A DNA stretch of 63,559 nucleotides, counting the filler. It is 3 parts of 3 records of this genome, joined end to end, with 100 filler letters (N's around TTAATTAATTAA, not from the genome) between each part and the next. Parts side by side here need not be neighbours in the genome. Positions count along the whole stretch, not along the records: positions 1 to 13,422 come from SRR20825019_2161; 2 more parts are not named here. One strand, 5' to 3'. This document shows positions 1 to 7,984 of the stretch, piece by piece (the first letter of the stretch is position 1; the number at the start of each line of letters is the position of its first letter). The notes beneath the pieces were generated by a model. It worked only from the letters and a program-made list of their open reading frames with translations. It was not told where the DNA came from and made no database searches. The position numbers and the translations under genes are program-made.

Positions 1-29
1 CTCTAATACGTCACGTTGTCCACGGCTAG

Positions 30-1238
30 GGAAGCGCTGAACAAAGGGCGTTGAGATGATTCAGAGATTAACGCGCTAAGATTTGGTCAAAATTAAGTAT
101 CCACAGTTCGATCATGTCGCGTTCTGGCCCGCCGGGTCTTCCGATTTGGCCTCGTCCGGCGTGTCGCGCCGCCCTCAGGAGCGTTTTACGCTCCATCAAT
201 ACACGCTTTGCGCAAAGCTTCGCCGTGCCAAGATCAGGTTGGCTAAGGCGAACAGGGTGTGGAGTTGAGCCGTATTCTTGGCCAATCCCCGGTAACGCAC
301 TTTTCGATACTTGAAGATATTTTTAAGGATGTGAAACGGATGCTCCACCCGGGATCGGACCTGAGCCTTAATCTTTTCAAACTTCTGGATGGCCTCCTTC
401 AACTTGCCTTCCGGCATCGCCCGGATCTTTCCGCGTTTGGCCGCGATATGCCACTGAGGTTGGGCTTCACGCGAGCTGATCTCTGGCCGTTTCTGCACAC
501 CTTGATAACCCGCATCGGCAAACACATCCTGCTCCTGTCCGTGCAGTAATTCGTGCGTCTGGCTAATGTCGCTGACGTTCGCGGCGGTCCCGATGACCTT
601 CTGCACCAAGCCACTTTGTGCATCCACGGCGAGATGGGCCTTCATCCCAAAATGCCACTCGTTGCCCTTCTTGGTCTGGTGCATCTCAGGGTCACGTTGC
701 CGATTTTTGTTCTTCGTCGAGGAGGGCGACGCGATGATCGTGGCGTCCACTATCGTGCCCTCTTTCATGAAGCACTTTTGCTCACTCAGCATCGTCGTGA
801 TCTCCTCAAAAATACCGCGCGTCAGATCATGCCGTTCCAACAAGTGCCGGAACTTTAACAGCGTCGTCGCATCCGGCACTCCTTCTTGACTCAGGTCGAT
901 CCCCACAAACAACCGCATCGCCTGACTGTCGTAGATCGCATCCTCCAAGGCCTCATCAGCCAACCCATACCACTGCTGCAAAAAATACACCCGCAGCATC
1001 TTCTCGATCCCCATCGGCGGACGTCCACGTTTGCCCTTTGGATAATGCGGCTTGATCAAGCCGACCAACCGACTCCACGGCACCATCTCCTCCATCTGTC
1101 CCAAAAACTTCTCCCGCTTCGTTTGCTTCTTCTTCCCGTTCCATTCGTTCACCGCAAAACTGATCTGCTTTTCCATCCCTCTTTTCTAACGGCTGTTTTT
1201 ATCCCGACAACCCATCTCGCTATTTAATCAGCGCTTCC
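30..1238 (-). mobile_element. IS5-family (IS5 subgroup) insertion sequence, about 1209 bp
   Basis: 16-bp imperfect terminal inverted repeats GGAAGCGCTGAACAAA (30-45) and TTTAATCAGCGCTTCC (1223-1238, reverse complement GGAAGCGCTGATTAAA) enclose a DDE transposase. Flanks CTAG (26-29) and TTAG (1239-1242) both fit the IS5 YTAR target. Confidence 0.93.
196..1176 (-). CDS. IS5-family DDE transposase (326 aa)
   Basis: Characteristic motifs GRPP..MLR.YFLQQW..LAD, PDATT, IVDATII, KKGNEWHFGMKAH, ADAGY and RSRVEHPF....FKYRKVRYRGLAKN. Confidence 0.96.
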   Translation of the reverse strand: MEKQISFAVNEWNGKKKQTKREKFLGQMEEMVPWSRLVGLIKPHYPKGKRGRPPMGIEKMLRVYFLQQWYGLADEALEDAIYDSQAMRLFVGIDLSQEGVPDATTLLKFRHLLERHDLTRGIFEEITTMLSEQKCFMKEGTIVDATIIASPSSTKNKNRQRDPEMHQTKKGNEWHFGMKAHLAVDAQSGLVQKVIGTAANVSDISQTHELLHGQEQDVFADAGYQGVQKRPEISSREAQPQWHIAAKRGKIRAMPEGKLKEAIQKFEKIKAQVRSRVEHPFHILKNIFKYRKVRYRGLAKNTAQLHTLFALANLILARRSFAQSVY

Positions 1239-1298
1239 TTAGAGGTGAGACACGGTGACCGTGCAGCGGTGTCCGTTGTCTCGACCGGCTTGTTCGAC
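1239..1298 (-). other. Integron attC recombination site, truncated by the IS5 insertion
   Basis: On the minus strand just after the cassette stop codon: R'' GTCGAAC, 5-nt spacer AAGCC, then GGT(C)GAGACA(A)CGG ... CCGTGTCTCACC. The 12-bp stem has two unpaired bases (G and T on the bottom strand, the canonical attC extrahelical bases). The spacer TCTAA is then cut by the IS before the R' GTT. Confidence 0.8.
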
Positions 1299-1303
1299 TT
1301 GGT

Positions 1304-1939
1304 TCATAGATCTGGCTTCACAGGTTTGAAGTCACCTGAACTGATAACTGCATTCAGGCCTTCTGTGAGTCCTCGACCGATCTCAAACGGCTTTTCGGGT
1401 TTGTAAGCGGGATCTTTGAGTATCTTGAGGACTTCCGGCACTCCTCCTTCTTCAAGGACTCTAAGGAAGAACTCGACCACTTGTATTTCAGTCTGCTCGA
1501 TTTTGGTATCCTTAAATGACTTCCTTGAGGCAGCTTGTGCTGCCCCGAGCCCACCACCCAAGGATTGTGAGTAGGCATCCAAGCGTTCCTTTACGGTAGT
1601 GGGGTCTGATCTGCTGTTTCCCCACAAAATCCACGGGAGGATATCACGATTGAAGTGTCTCAACGGCTCCTCGATTGGGTGAGCGTAATTGTAAGACCCA
1701 TCATTTATTCCATCCTGCACGAGCTTTCCTTTCTCGTCATACACAGCCTCCCTGTGTCCGTCCGTGTGAAGAAAGACCTGATTCCCCGTAGCGCCCCTCA
1801 TTTGATGGATACTGGCTTCTGACGTGTGTGAGAGCCAGTGTCTGATAAGCGAAATTTGCTCTTCCGTAGGCGGGCCTGCATAGGCGATGCCAGAGAAGAT
1901 AAGGCAAACCCCAACTGAGATCATTTGTGTAAGATTCAT
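1304..1939 (-). CDS. Secreted hypothetical protein (211 aa), integron gene-cassette cargo
   Basis: Signal-peptide-like N-terminus (MNLTQMISVGVCLIFSGIAYA). Visibly more AT-rich than neighbouring genes. The ATG lies 6 nt after a GTTCGAC core site and the stop is followed by attC. Confidence 0.8.
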   Translation of the reverse strand: MNLTQMISVGVCLIFSGIAYAGPPTEEQISLIRHWLSHTSEASIHQMRGATGNQVFLHTDGHREAVYDEKGKLVQDGINDGSYNYAHPIEEPLRHFNRDILPWILWGNSRSDPTTVKERLDAYSQSLGGGLGAAQAASRKSFKDTKIEQTEIQVVEFFLRVLEEGGVPEVLKILKDPAYKPEKPFEIGRGLTEGLNAVISSGDFKPVKPDL

Positions 1940-1945
1940 TTTGAT

Positions 1946-1965
1946 GTCGAACAGTGTTATTCACC
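1946..1965 (-). other. Cassette left boundary: R' core GTTCGAC with attI-like upstream half-site
   Basis: Minus strand reads GGTGAAT-AACACT-GTTCGAC. GTTCGAC (1952-1946) is the exact complement of the cassette's R'' GTCGAAC, as expected for an integrated cassette. The attI identity of the upstream half is inference. Confidence 0.6.
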
Positions 1966-2282
1966 CACACTCAGTGTGGGGTTTTGGATCTGTGTTGGTT
2001 TCCCATACCCCATACTGCGAGGGTGGCTTTTGCGGAAAATGACATAAACGCGGGTTTTGATGAGGTGGGGTCCTTTGAATAGTGGCGTGATGTCATGAGG
2101 AAGTCACAGTTGCCTTTGGACAATGAAGCGTGATTACCAAAGTTGATCGAGGTGATTTTGCGAGCCTGTAAATCGCTATAGCGATTTGTCTATAGCGGCT
2201 TCCAGCTTTCCTGAGTTCCGTATTGAAAATGATGTTTAGCGATAGCTCGGGTGATCTGTTCGAGCCATGAGAATGAGAACGA

Positions 2283-3761
2283 TTATGATAGGGAGAAAGA
2301 GTCGGATGAAGTGGCTCGGTCTTCGCGCCATTCGCGGAACGCATCGACGTGGTTCCATTTGAAGTCGGGGATGGTTTTGTAGCGCCAATCGCGGTAGTCG
2401 ACCTGCTCGGCGAGGTAGGCTTCCCGATTCTGCGGATCGAGAAAGGGATCGGCGGTTCGGCGTTGGAAGTCGTGGAAATCGTTCTGCAGGCGTTTGAGGG
2501 TGTCGGCGTGGTCGGGGGCGGACGCGAGGTCGTGCCATTCGTCGGGATCGTCGGCGAGGTTGTAGAGTTCGTATTCGGGTGGGTTTTGCCAGCGTTGGTA
2601 GGCGGCGGTGACTTTGGGACTTAAGGATTCCAATTCGTGTGGATGGAATCGGGTGGGAATGGAGGGCTGCCGTTCCGGATCGAGGTAGCTGAGGGCGATT
2701 TGGTTGGGCTCGGATTGGGGCGGGGTCCAGATGAGTTTCCACGGTCCCCGACGGTAAGACTCCTGGATGGTGCTATTGTTGGGGAAGGAGCCCGTGGTCA
2801 TGGCGAATTGGTAGGCGTTCCCATCGTCGTGAGGTTGCCCGTTGAGGAGGGGTTGAAGGGGGCGACCGGGAAGATCGTCGGGAATGGGGAGTCCGGCGGC
2901 GTGGAGGGCGGTAGGGAGTTGATCGACGTTCGAGACGAGTGCGTCGCTCACGGAACCGGGAGCGGTCACCCCCGGGCCGCGAATGATGAGCGGCACGTTG
3001 ATGGCGGCCTGATAAACAGTGCCTTTGCCGCGGGGAAATTGCGGGCCGTGATCGCACATGAATACGATGAGCGTGTTTTCGGCCTGTCCGTCGGCTTTGA
3101 GTGCGGCGAGGAGGTCGCCGATCCCCGAATCGAGACGGGAGATGCAGTTGTAATAATTGGCGGTTTCGGCGAGGAGCTTGGGCGAATCGCCACCCACGAA
3201 TGAGGGCGGTTTCACTTCATCGGCCTGCTGGGGATTGGCGGGGCGTCCGTCGGCTTGCTGAACAAAGGGCAGATGAGCATCGGGGAAGTTGACCGTGAGA
3301 TACCACGGTTGCTCGTCCGATTGTCCCCAAAATTCTCGGGCGGAGCTGACGTATTCGGACATCGAGGTCTCGCGATTGAAGTTGGCTTGCGGGATTCGGG
3401 CGTAATCGAAGGGGAAGGCATCCTCGGGATTGACGTGGAGTTTACCGACGATGCCGGTGCGGTAGCCGGCGGAGTGGAGATGAGTGACGGTATTGGGCGT
3501 GTCGGGCCGGTAGAGCTCAAAGCAATGCGTCGCGAGGCCGATGTGGCCGTTTTGGTGAGGATAGAGTCCGGTGAAGGCACAGGCCCGCGAGGGTGAGCAG
3601 ACGGAATAGGGGACGGTGGCCTGGGTGAATCGCACGCCTTCGTTCGCCAACTGGTCGATATTCGGAGTGCGGGCATAGGGATCGCCATAGCAACCAAGTT
3701 GAAGCCCGAGATCTTCGGGCACGAGAAACAGGATATTCGGGCGAGGGGAAGAAACAGACAT
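2283..3761 (-). CDS. Formylglycine-dependent (S1) sulfatase, N-sulfoglucosamine sulfohydrolase-like (492 aa)
   Basis: RPNILFLVPEDL N-terminus, CSPSRA catalytic motif, GYRTGIVGKLHV, DHG..FPRGK and ELYNLADDPDE. No obvious signal peptide. Confidence 0.93.
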   Translation of the reverse strand: MSVSSPRPNILFLVPEDLGLQLGCYGDPYARTPNIDQLANEGVRFTQATVPYSVCSPSRACAFTGLYPHQNGHIGLATHCFELYRPDTPNTVTHLHSAGYRTGIVGKLHVNPEDAFPFDYARIPQANFNRETSMSEYVSSAREFWGQSDEQPWYLTVNFPDAHLPFVQQADGRPANPQQADEVKPPSFVGGDSPKLLAETANYYNCISRLDSGIGDLLAALKADGQAENTLIVFMCDHGPQFPRGKGTVYQAAINVPLIIRGPGVTAPGSVSDALVSNVDQLPTALHAAGLPIPDDLPGRPLQPLLNGQPHDDGNAYQFAMTTGSFPNNSTIQESYRRGPWKLIWTPPQSEPNQIALSYLDPERQPSIPTRFHPHELESLSPKVTAAYQRWQNPPEYELYNLADDPDEWHDLASAPDHADTLKRLQNDFHDFQRRTADPFLDPQNREAYLAEQVDYRDWRYKTIPDFKWNHVDAFREWREDRATSSDSFSLS

Positions 3762-3843
3762 GGGCGTGAGAATGGAAATGGGAGAGGGAACGGCCAGAAA
3801 ATTGAGATTGAGGGCGGGGTCGTGAGAGCGTGGGGGCTTTGGG

Positions 3844-3906
3844 CGGGCGCGGTCGAGCCGCGCCCCTACGCACTGACACCGTAGGGGCGCGCCTCGTGCG
3901 CGCCCG
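3844..3906. repeat. GTAG-type REP doublet (REPIN-like)
   Basis: CGGGCGCGGTCGAGCCGCGCCCCTAC (3844-3869) and the inverted copy GTAGGGGCGCGCCTCGTGCGCGCCCG (3881-3906). Each is a GC hairpin with a GTAG foot, 11 nt apart, in an intergenic region. Confidence 0.75.
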
Positions 3907-4101
3907 GATGGGCTGATACGTCAACTAATGGATGACTAATTTGATTTAGCTCGTGGAGAAGGGGGAGTCGATTGAGGGGGAGATGAGTCTCCAGACGGCA
4001 AGAACTGCCATTAGATTGAAATTGATCTTTACGCTGCCAGACCCAGCTCTGATTTTCTTCGTTTTCCCGTTTTCCTCGGGAGACCCCAATTTACCACTTA
4101 C

Positions 4102-7100
4102 ATGTATCTTAAGGCGCTCAAGCTCCACGGTTTTAAGTCATTCGCAGATCCGACAACTCTCCAGTTCGAACCCGGTGTGACCGCGGTAGTGGGGCCCAAT
4201 GGTTGCGGCAAATCCAATATCGCCGATGGCATCCGCTGGGTGCTCGGTGAACAGAGCGCGAAGGCGTTGCGTGGTGGCAAGATGCAGGACGTCATTTTCG
4301 AAGGTGCGGATACACGCAAGGCTTCCCAAATCTGTGAGGTGTCGCTGTTGCTCACGGATTGCGAGGAACAGCTCGGCAGTGAGTTTCACGAAATCGAGAT
4401 TATGCGTCGCGTGCATCGCGATGGCGGCAGCGAGTATTTCTTCAACGGGCAGGCGTGTCGTTTGAAAGACATCCACAAGCTGTTCATGGACACGGGGGTC
4501 GGGCGGACGAGCTACTCGATCATGGCGCAGGGGCAGATCGATCAGATCCTGTCTTCGAAACCGGAAGAGCGTCGCGCGGTGTTTGAAGAAGCGGCGGGGA
4601 TCACGAAATACAAAAGCCAGCGTCGCGAGGCCTTGGGCAAGTTGAAGCTCACGGAAGCCAACTTGGCGCGCGTGTCGGATGTGATCAGCGAAGTCTCGCG
4701 GCAGATCGGTAGTTTGCGTCGGCAGGCGTCGAAGGCGTTGCGCTACAAACGTCTCAACCATCGGTTGCGTCATCTCGCACTCGCGTGGAGCGGTTGCCAG
4801 CACTCGCAGCTGACTGAAACGCTCGATGGACTCGAAGCAAGCGTGGGCACGTTGCGGCAAGAAGCGGAGGCGCGTCGGGCTGATCTCGAGTCGAAACAGG
4901 GCTCCCTTGATGACATGAAGGCGAAGCGCAGTCACCACAATCAGCGGGTGCAGGATGCGCAGCAGGGAGTTTACGATTTACGTTCGCAAAAAGAGGCGGC
5001 GGAAAACCAGGCCAATCTCGCGCAGATCAAGCGTAACGGTTTGGAAGAGCGCCTCGAATCGTCGCGCAGCAGCCTCGGCGAATTGGAAATGCAGTTGCGC
5101 GAGGTGACGGCCGAGGCCGATACGGGCGCGCAGGACAAGCAACTCCAACTCGGCCTGCTCGGAAGCAGCGACGCGACCTACCAGCAGCGCAATCGCGATC
5201 TGGCGATTGTCGAAGGTGAGCTCAGCAAGGTGGAGCAGGAGCTGCAGCAGACTAAATTTCAGATCCTGCAACTCGATAGCGCGGTGGCGAAATTGCGCAC
5301 GGATTGCTCGGGATACGAGGTCGATCAAAAGACCAGCGTGCATCGTCACGAAAATCTCGCGGCGGAATTGGAGCAGGTGCGTCAGCAACACGTCGCGGCG
5401 CAGCAACTTGCCGCCGAGTTGGCGGTGCGTGCGGAGGAAGCACAGGCTGAGAAAGCGCGCGCGCATCAGGAGGCGACCGAGGCCCAGCAATCGATCGCGA
5501 CGCTGACGTCGGAGTTCAGGGAAGCTCAGCGCAAACAGCAGGAGATTGATCGCGGGCTGGCTCAACGCACCGCGCAACTGCGTCTCCTGCAGCAACTGCA
5601 GGAGAAGTGGGAAGGGTTTGGCGAAGGAGCGAAAGCCATTCTCCAGGGCAAACTCGATGAAGCTTTGGCGGGACAATCGGTGACCCCGATCACGCAGGGA
5701 CTGGTGGTTAATCCGAACTATTCGAAGGCGGTCGAGGCTTTACTTGGATCGGCGGCCGAGGCGATCAGCGTGAGCGACCTGCCGACGGCCAAACGCATCC
5801 TCGCCCAATTGGAATCGGGTGAAGTCGGCTCGGCGGTGTTGCATATCGGTGGAGTCGGCGCGAGTCCGGTGCCCGCATCGGAATTGCCGGCTTTCCTTCG
5901 TCCGGCGACTCAGGCGCTGAATGGATTTGATGGCGAGCATCCGGCGGTGAGCATTCTCAACTCGTGCTATTTGGCGGACGATTTGGAAGCCTTCCTCGAA
6001 TACTGGAAGGCCAACCCGGATTTCAGTTTCCTCGCCGTGGCGACCCGCAAGGGCGATTTGGTTGACCGGCGCGGTCTGGTTTACGGCGGCTATCACAGCA
6101 GCAAGAAGTCGGCGAACAGCATCGTGCAACGGGAGATCGATCTGCGGGAGACGGCCGAAGCACTGGCGATTGCGCAGAAGGATCACGACGCCCAGCGCCA
6201 AGTGATTGAAGGCATCAATACTCGGCTGACGACGGCGGAGGAAACCCTTGAACAGAAGCGCGCGGAAGTGCTTTCACTGACACAAAATGTGGCGGCGGTG
6301 CAGACGGATCATCGCAATGCGGATCGCTCCGTGGAGGAAGTCGGGCAGCGTTCGCAGCGCATGGAAAACGAGCTCACTTCGCTCGAACAATTACGCAACG
6401 AAGCGCACGAGCGCTGGGAAAAAGCGCAGGTGGGATTACAGGAAGCGGAAGCAAGCGCCAAGACGCACCGCGACCGGATTCACCATCTGGAAACCCGGGT
6501 GACGGAGATCCGCACGGATCGTGATGTAAAGCAGGAATCGCTGTCGCAGTCGCGACTCGAATTGGCGGAACACCGTCAGAAAGTGGAAGTGCTTGATCGC
6601 GGACTAAATGAGATGGCGCGCCGTCGTCAGCAGGTGGATCAACTCCTGGTGCAGCGTCGGCAGGAGATCGAAGTTTGGACCGAGCAGGTTTCCCAGTTGG
6701 AAGGTGAAGCGGCATCGGAACGCGAACGGGCTGTTCAGATGGAGGAAAGCCTTGCGGTCGCACAGCAGCAGGTTGAGGTCGCACGGAAGGAACTGGTCGA
6801 GCTGGAACGCACCATCACCGAAGTGGAGAATATCCAGAATTCATTGCGCGGGCAGAGCGAAAGCTCCAGCGGCGAACTGCGGAAGCATGAGATCAAGTTG
6901 GCGGAGACCCGTCAGCGGGCGGAATTCCTCGTGGAGGAAGTGCAGCGTGAATTTCAAACCAGCATCGGTAGTATTGATTGGAAGATGATGTTGTGGCGCT
7001 CCGGTGATGAGCCGGAAGGGCTGCAACCGCTCGATCTCGATGAGGATGAGAGTTCGGATTCGAACGAATCGGAAGGAACCGAACCCGAGTCAGCGAGCCC

Positions 7101-7977
7101 GGCTCCGGATGAGGCCGAAGGTTCTGCAAATCCGGATGAAGCTTCCAGCGACCAGCAAGTTGAGGCAAAGGAAGCGGAACCTGCTCCGACGAAGCGCCGG
7201 AAAAAGAAGAAGGAGCCCCGGGGCGATCCTTCGGAAGCGGATCTTGCCGCCCTCGACGACACGAATTGGACCGAGGTGAAAGCCGAAGTGGATGCTCTCC
7301 GCAAACGTCTCAGCGGCATGGGTGCCGTCAACTTGGTCGCGATCGAAGAATATGCCGAACTGAAGGAGCGTCACGACTTCCTGAAGACGCAATGCGACGA
7401 TCTCACCAACGCGCGCACGGAATTGCTCACGGCGATCGATGAGATCAATACGACTTCCCAGAAGCAGTTCGAGGTAACCTTCGAACAGATTAAGAAAAAC
7501 TTCGAATACACTTTTCAAACGCTCTTTGGCGGTGGTCGGGCGACGTTGGAATTGATCGAAGCCGAGGACATTCTCGAAAGCGGCATCGAAATTGTCGCGC
7601 AGCCGCCCGGCACGAAATTGAAGAGCATCACCTTGCTCTCCGGTGGGCAGAAGACACTCACCGCAGTCGGGCTGCTCTTCGCGCTCTACATGGTGAAACC
7701 TTCGCCATTCTGTCTGCTCGATGAGTTGGATGCGCCGCTGGACGAATCGAACATCGGTCGTTTCACCAATTTGCTGAAGCAATTCGTGAATGAATCACAG
7801 TTCATCATCATCACTCACAATAAGCGCACGGTGGCTGCGGCCTCGGCGATTTACGGGGTGACGATGGAAGAGCGTGGCGTTTCCAAGACCGTTTCGATGC
7901 GCTTCAATCACGAAGATGGTGATGCGGAGCTGCAGACGCAGAATATAGCCGAAGCCGTCAATCAAACACAGGGCTGA
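4102..7977 (+). CDS. smc: Chromosome segregation protein SMC (1291 aa)
   Basis: MYLKALKLHGFKSFAD, Walker A GPNGCGKSN, long coiled coils and hinge, signature LSGGQ, Walker B FCLLDELDAPLD and IIITH. Confidence 0.97.
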   Translation: MYLKALKLHGFKSFADPTTLQFEPGVTAVVGPNGCGKSNIADGIRWVLGEQSAKALRGGKMQDVIFEGADTRKASQICEVSLLLTDCEEQLGSEFHEIEIMRRVHRDGGSEYFFNGQACRLKDIHKLFMDTGVGRTSYSIMAQGQIDQILSSKPEERRAVFEEAAGITKYKSQRREALGKLKLTEANLARVSDVISEVSRQIGSLRRQASKALRYKRLNHRLRHLALAWSGCQHSQLTETLDGLEASVGTLRQEAEARRADLESKQGSLDDMKAKRSHHNQRVQDAQQGVYDLRSQKEAAENQANLAQIKRNGLEERLESSRSSLGELEMQLREVTAEADTGAQDKQLQLGLLGSSDATYQQRNRDLAIVEGELSKVEQELQQTKFQILQLDSAVAKLRTDCSGYEVDQKTSVHRHENLAAELEQVRQQHVAAQQLAAELAVRAEEAQAEKARAHQEATEAQQSIATLTSEFREAQRKQQEIDRGLAQRTAQLRLLQQLQEKWEGFGEGAKAILQGKLDEALAGQSVTPITQGLVVNPNYSKAVEALLGSAAEAISVSDLPTAKRILAQLESGEVGSAVLHIGGVGASPVPASELPAFLRPATQALNGFDGEHPAVSILNSCYLADDLEAFLEYWKANPDFSFLAVATRKGDLVDRRGLVYGGYHSSKKSANSIVQREIDLRETAEALAIAQKDHDAQRQVIEGINTRLTTAEETLEQKRAEVLSLTQNVAAVQTDHRNADRSVEEVGQRSQRMENELTSLEQLRNEAHERWEKAQVGLQEAEASAKTHRDRIHHLETRVTEIRTDRDVKQESLSQSRLELAEHRQKVEVLDRGLNEMARRRQQVDQLLVQRRQEIEVWTEQVSQLEGEAASERERAVQMEESLAVAQQQVEVARKELVELERTITEVENIQNSLRGQSESSSGELRKHEIKLAETRQRAEFLVEEVQREFQTSIGSIDWKMMLWRSGDEPEGLQPLDLDEDESSDSNESEGTEPESASPAPDEAEGSANPDEASSDQQVEAKEAEPAPTKRRKKKKEPRGDPSEADLAALDDTNWTEVKAEVDALRKRLSGMGAVNLVAIEEYAELKERHDFLKTQCDDLTNARTELLTAIDEINTTSQKQFEVTFEQIKKNFEYTFQTLFGGGRATLELIEAEDILESGIEIVAQPPGTKLKSITLLSGGQKTLTAVGLLFALYMVKPSPFCLLDELDAPLDESNIGRFTNLLKQFVNESQFIIITHNKRTVAAASAIYGVTMEERGVSKTVSMRFNHEDGDAELQTQNIAEAVNQTQG

Positions 7978-7984
7978 TTCCGAG

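Noticed and set aside
2093-2280. Possible integrase remnant upstream of the cassette
   Set aside because: No tyrosine-recombinase motifs in the ORFs covering the region, and the space is too short.
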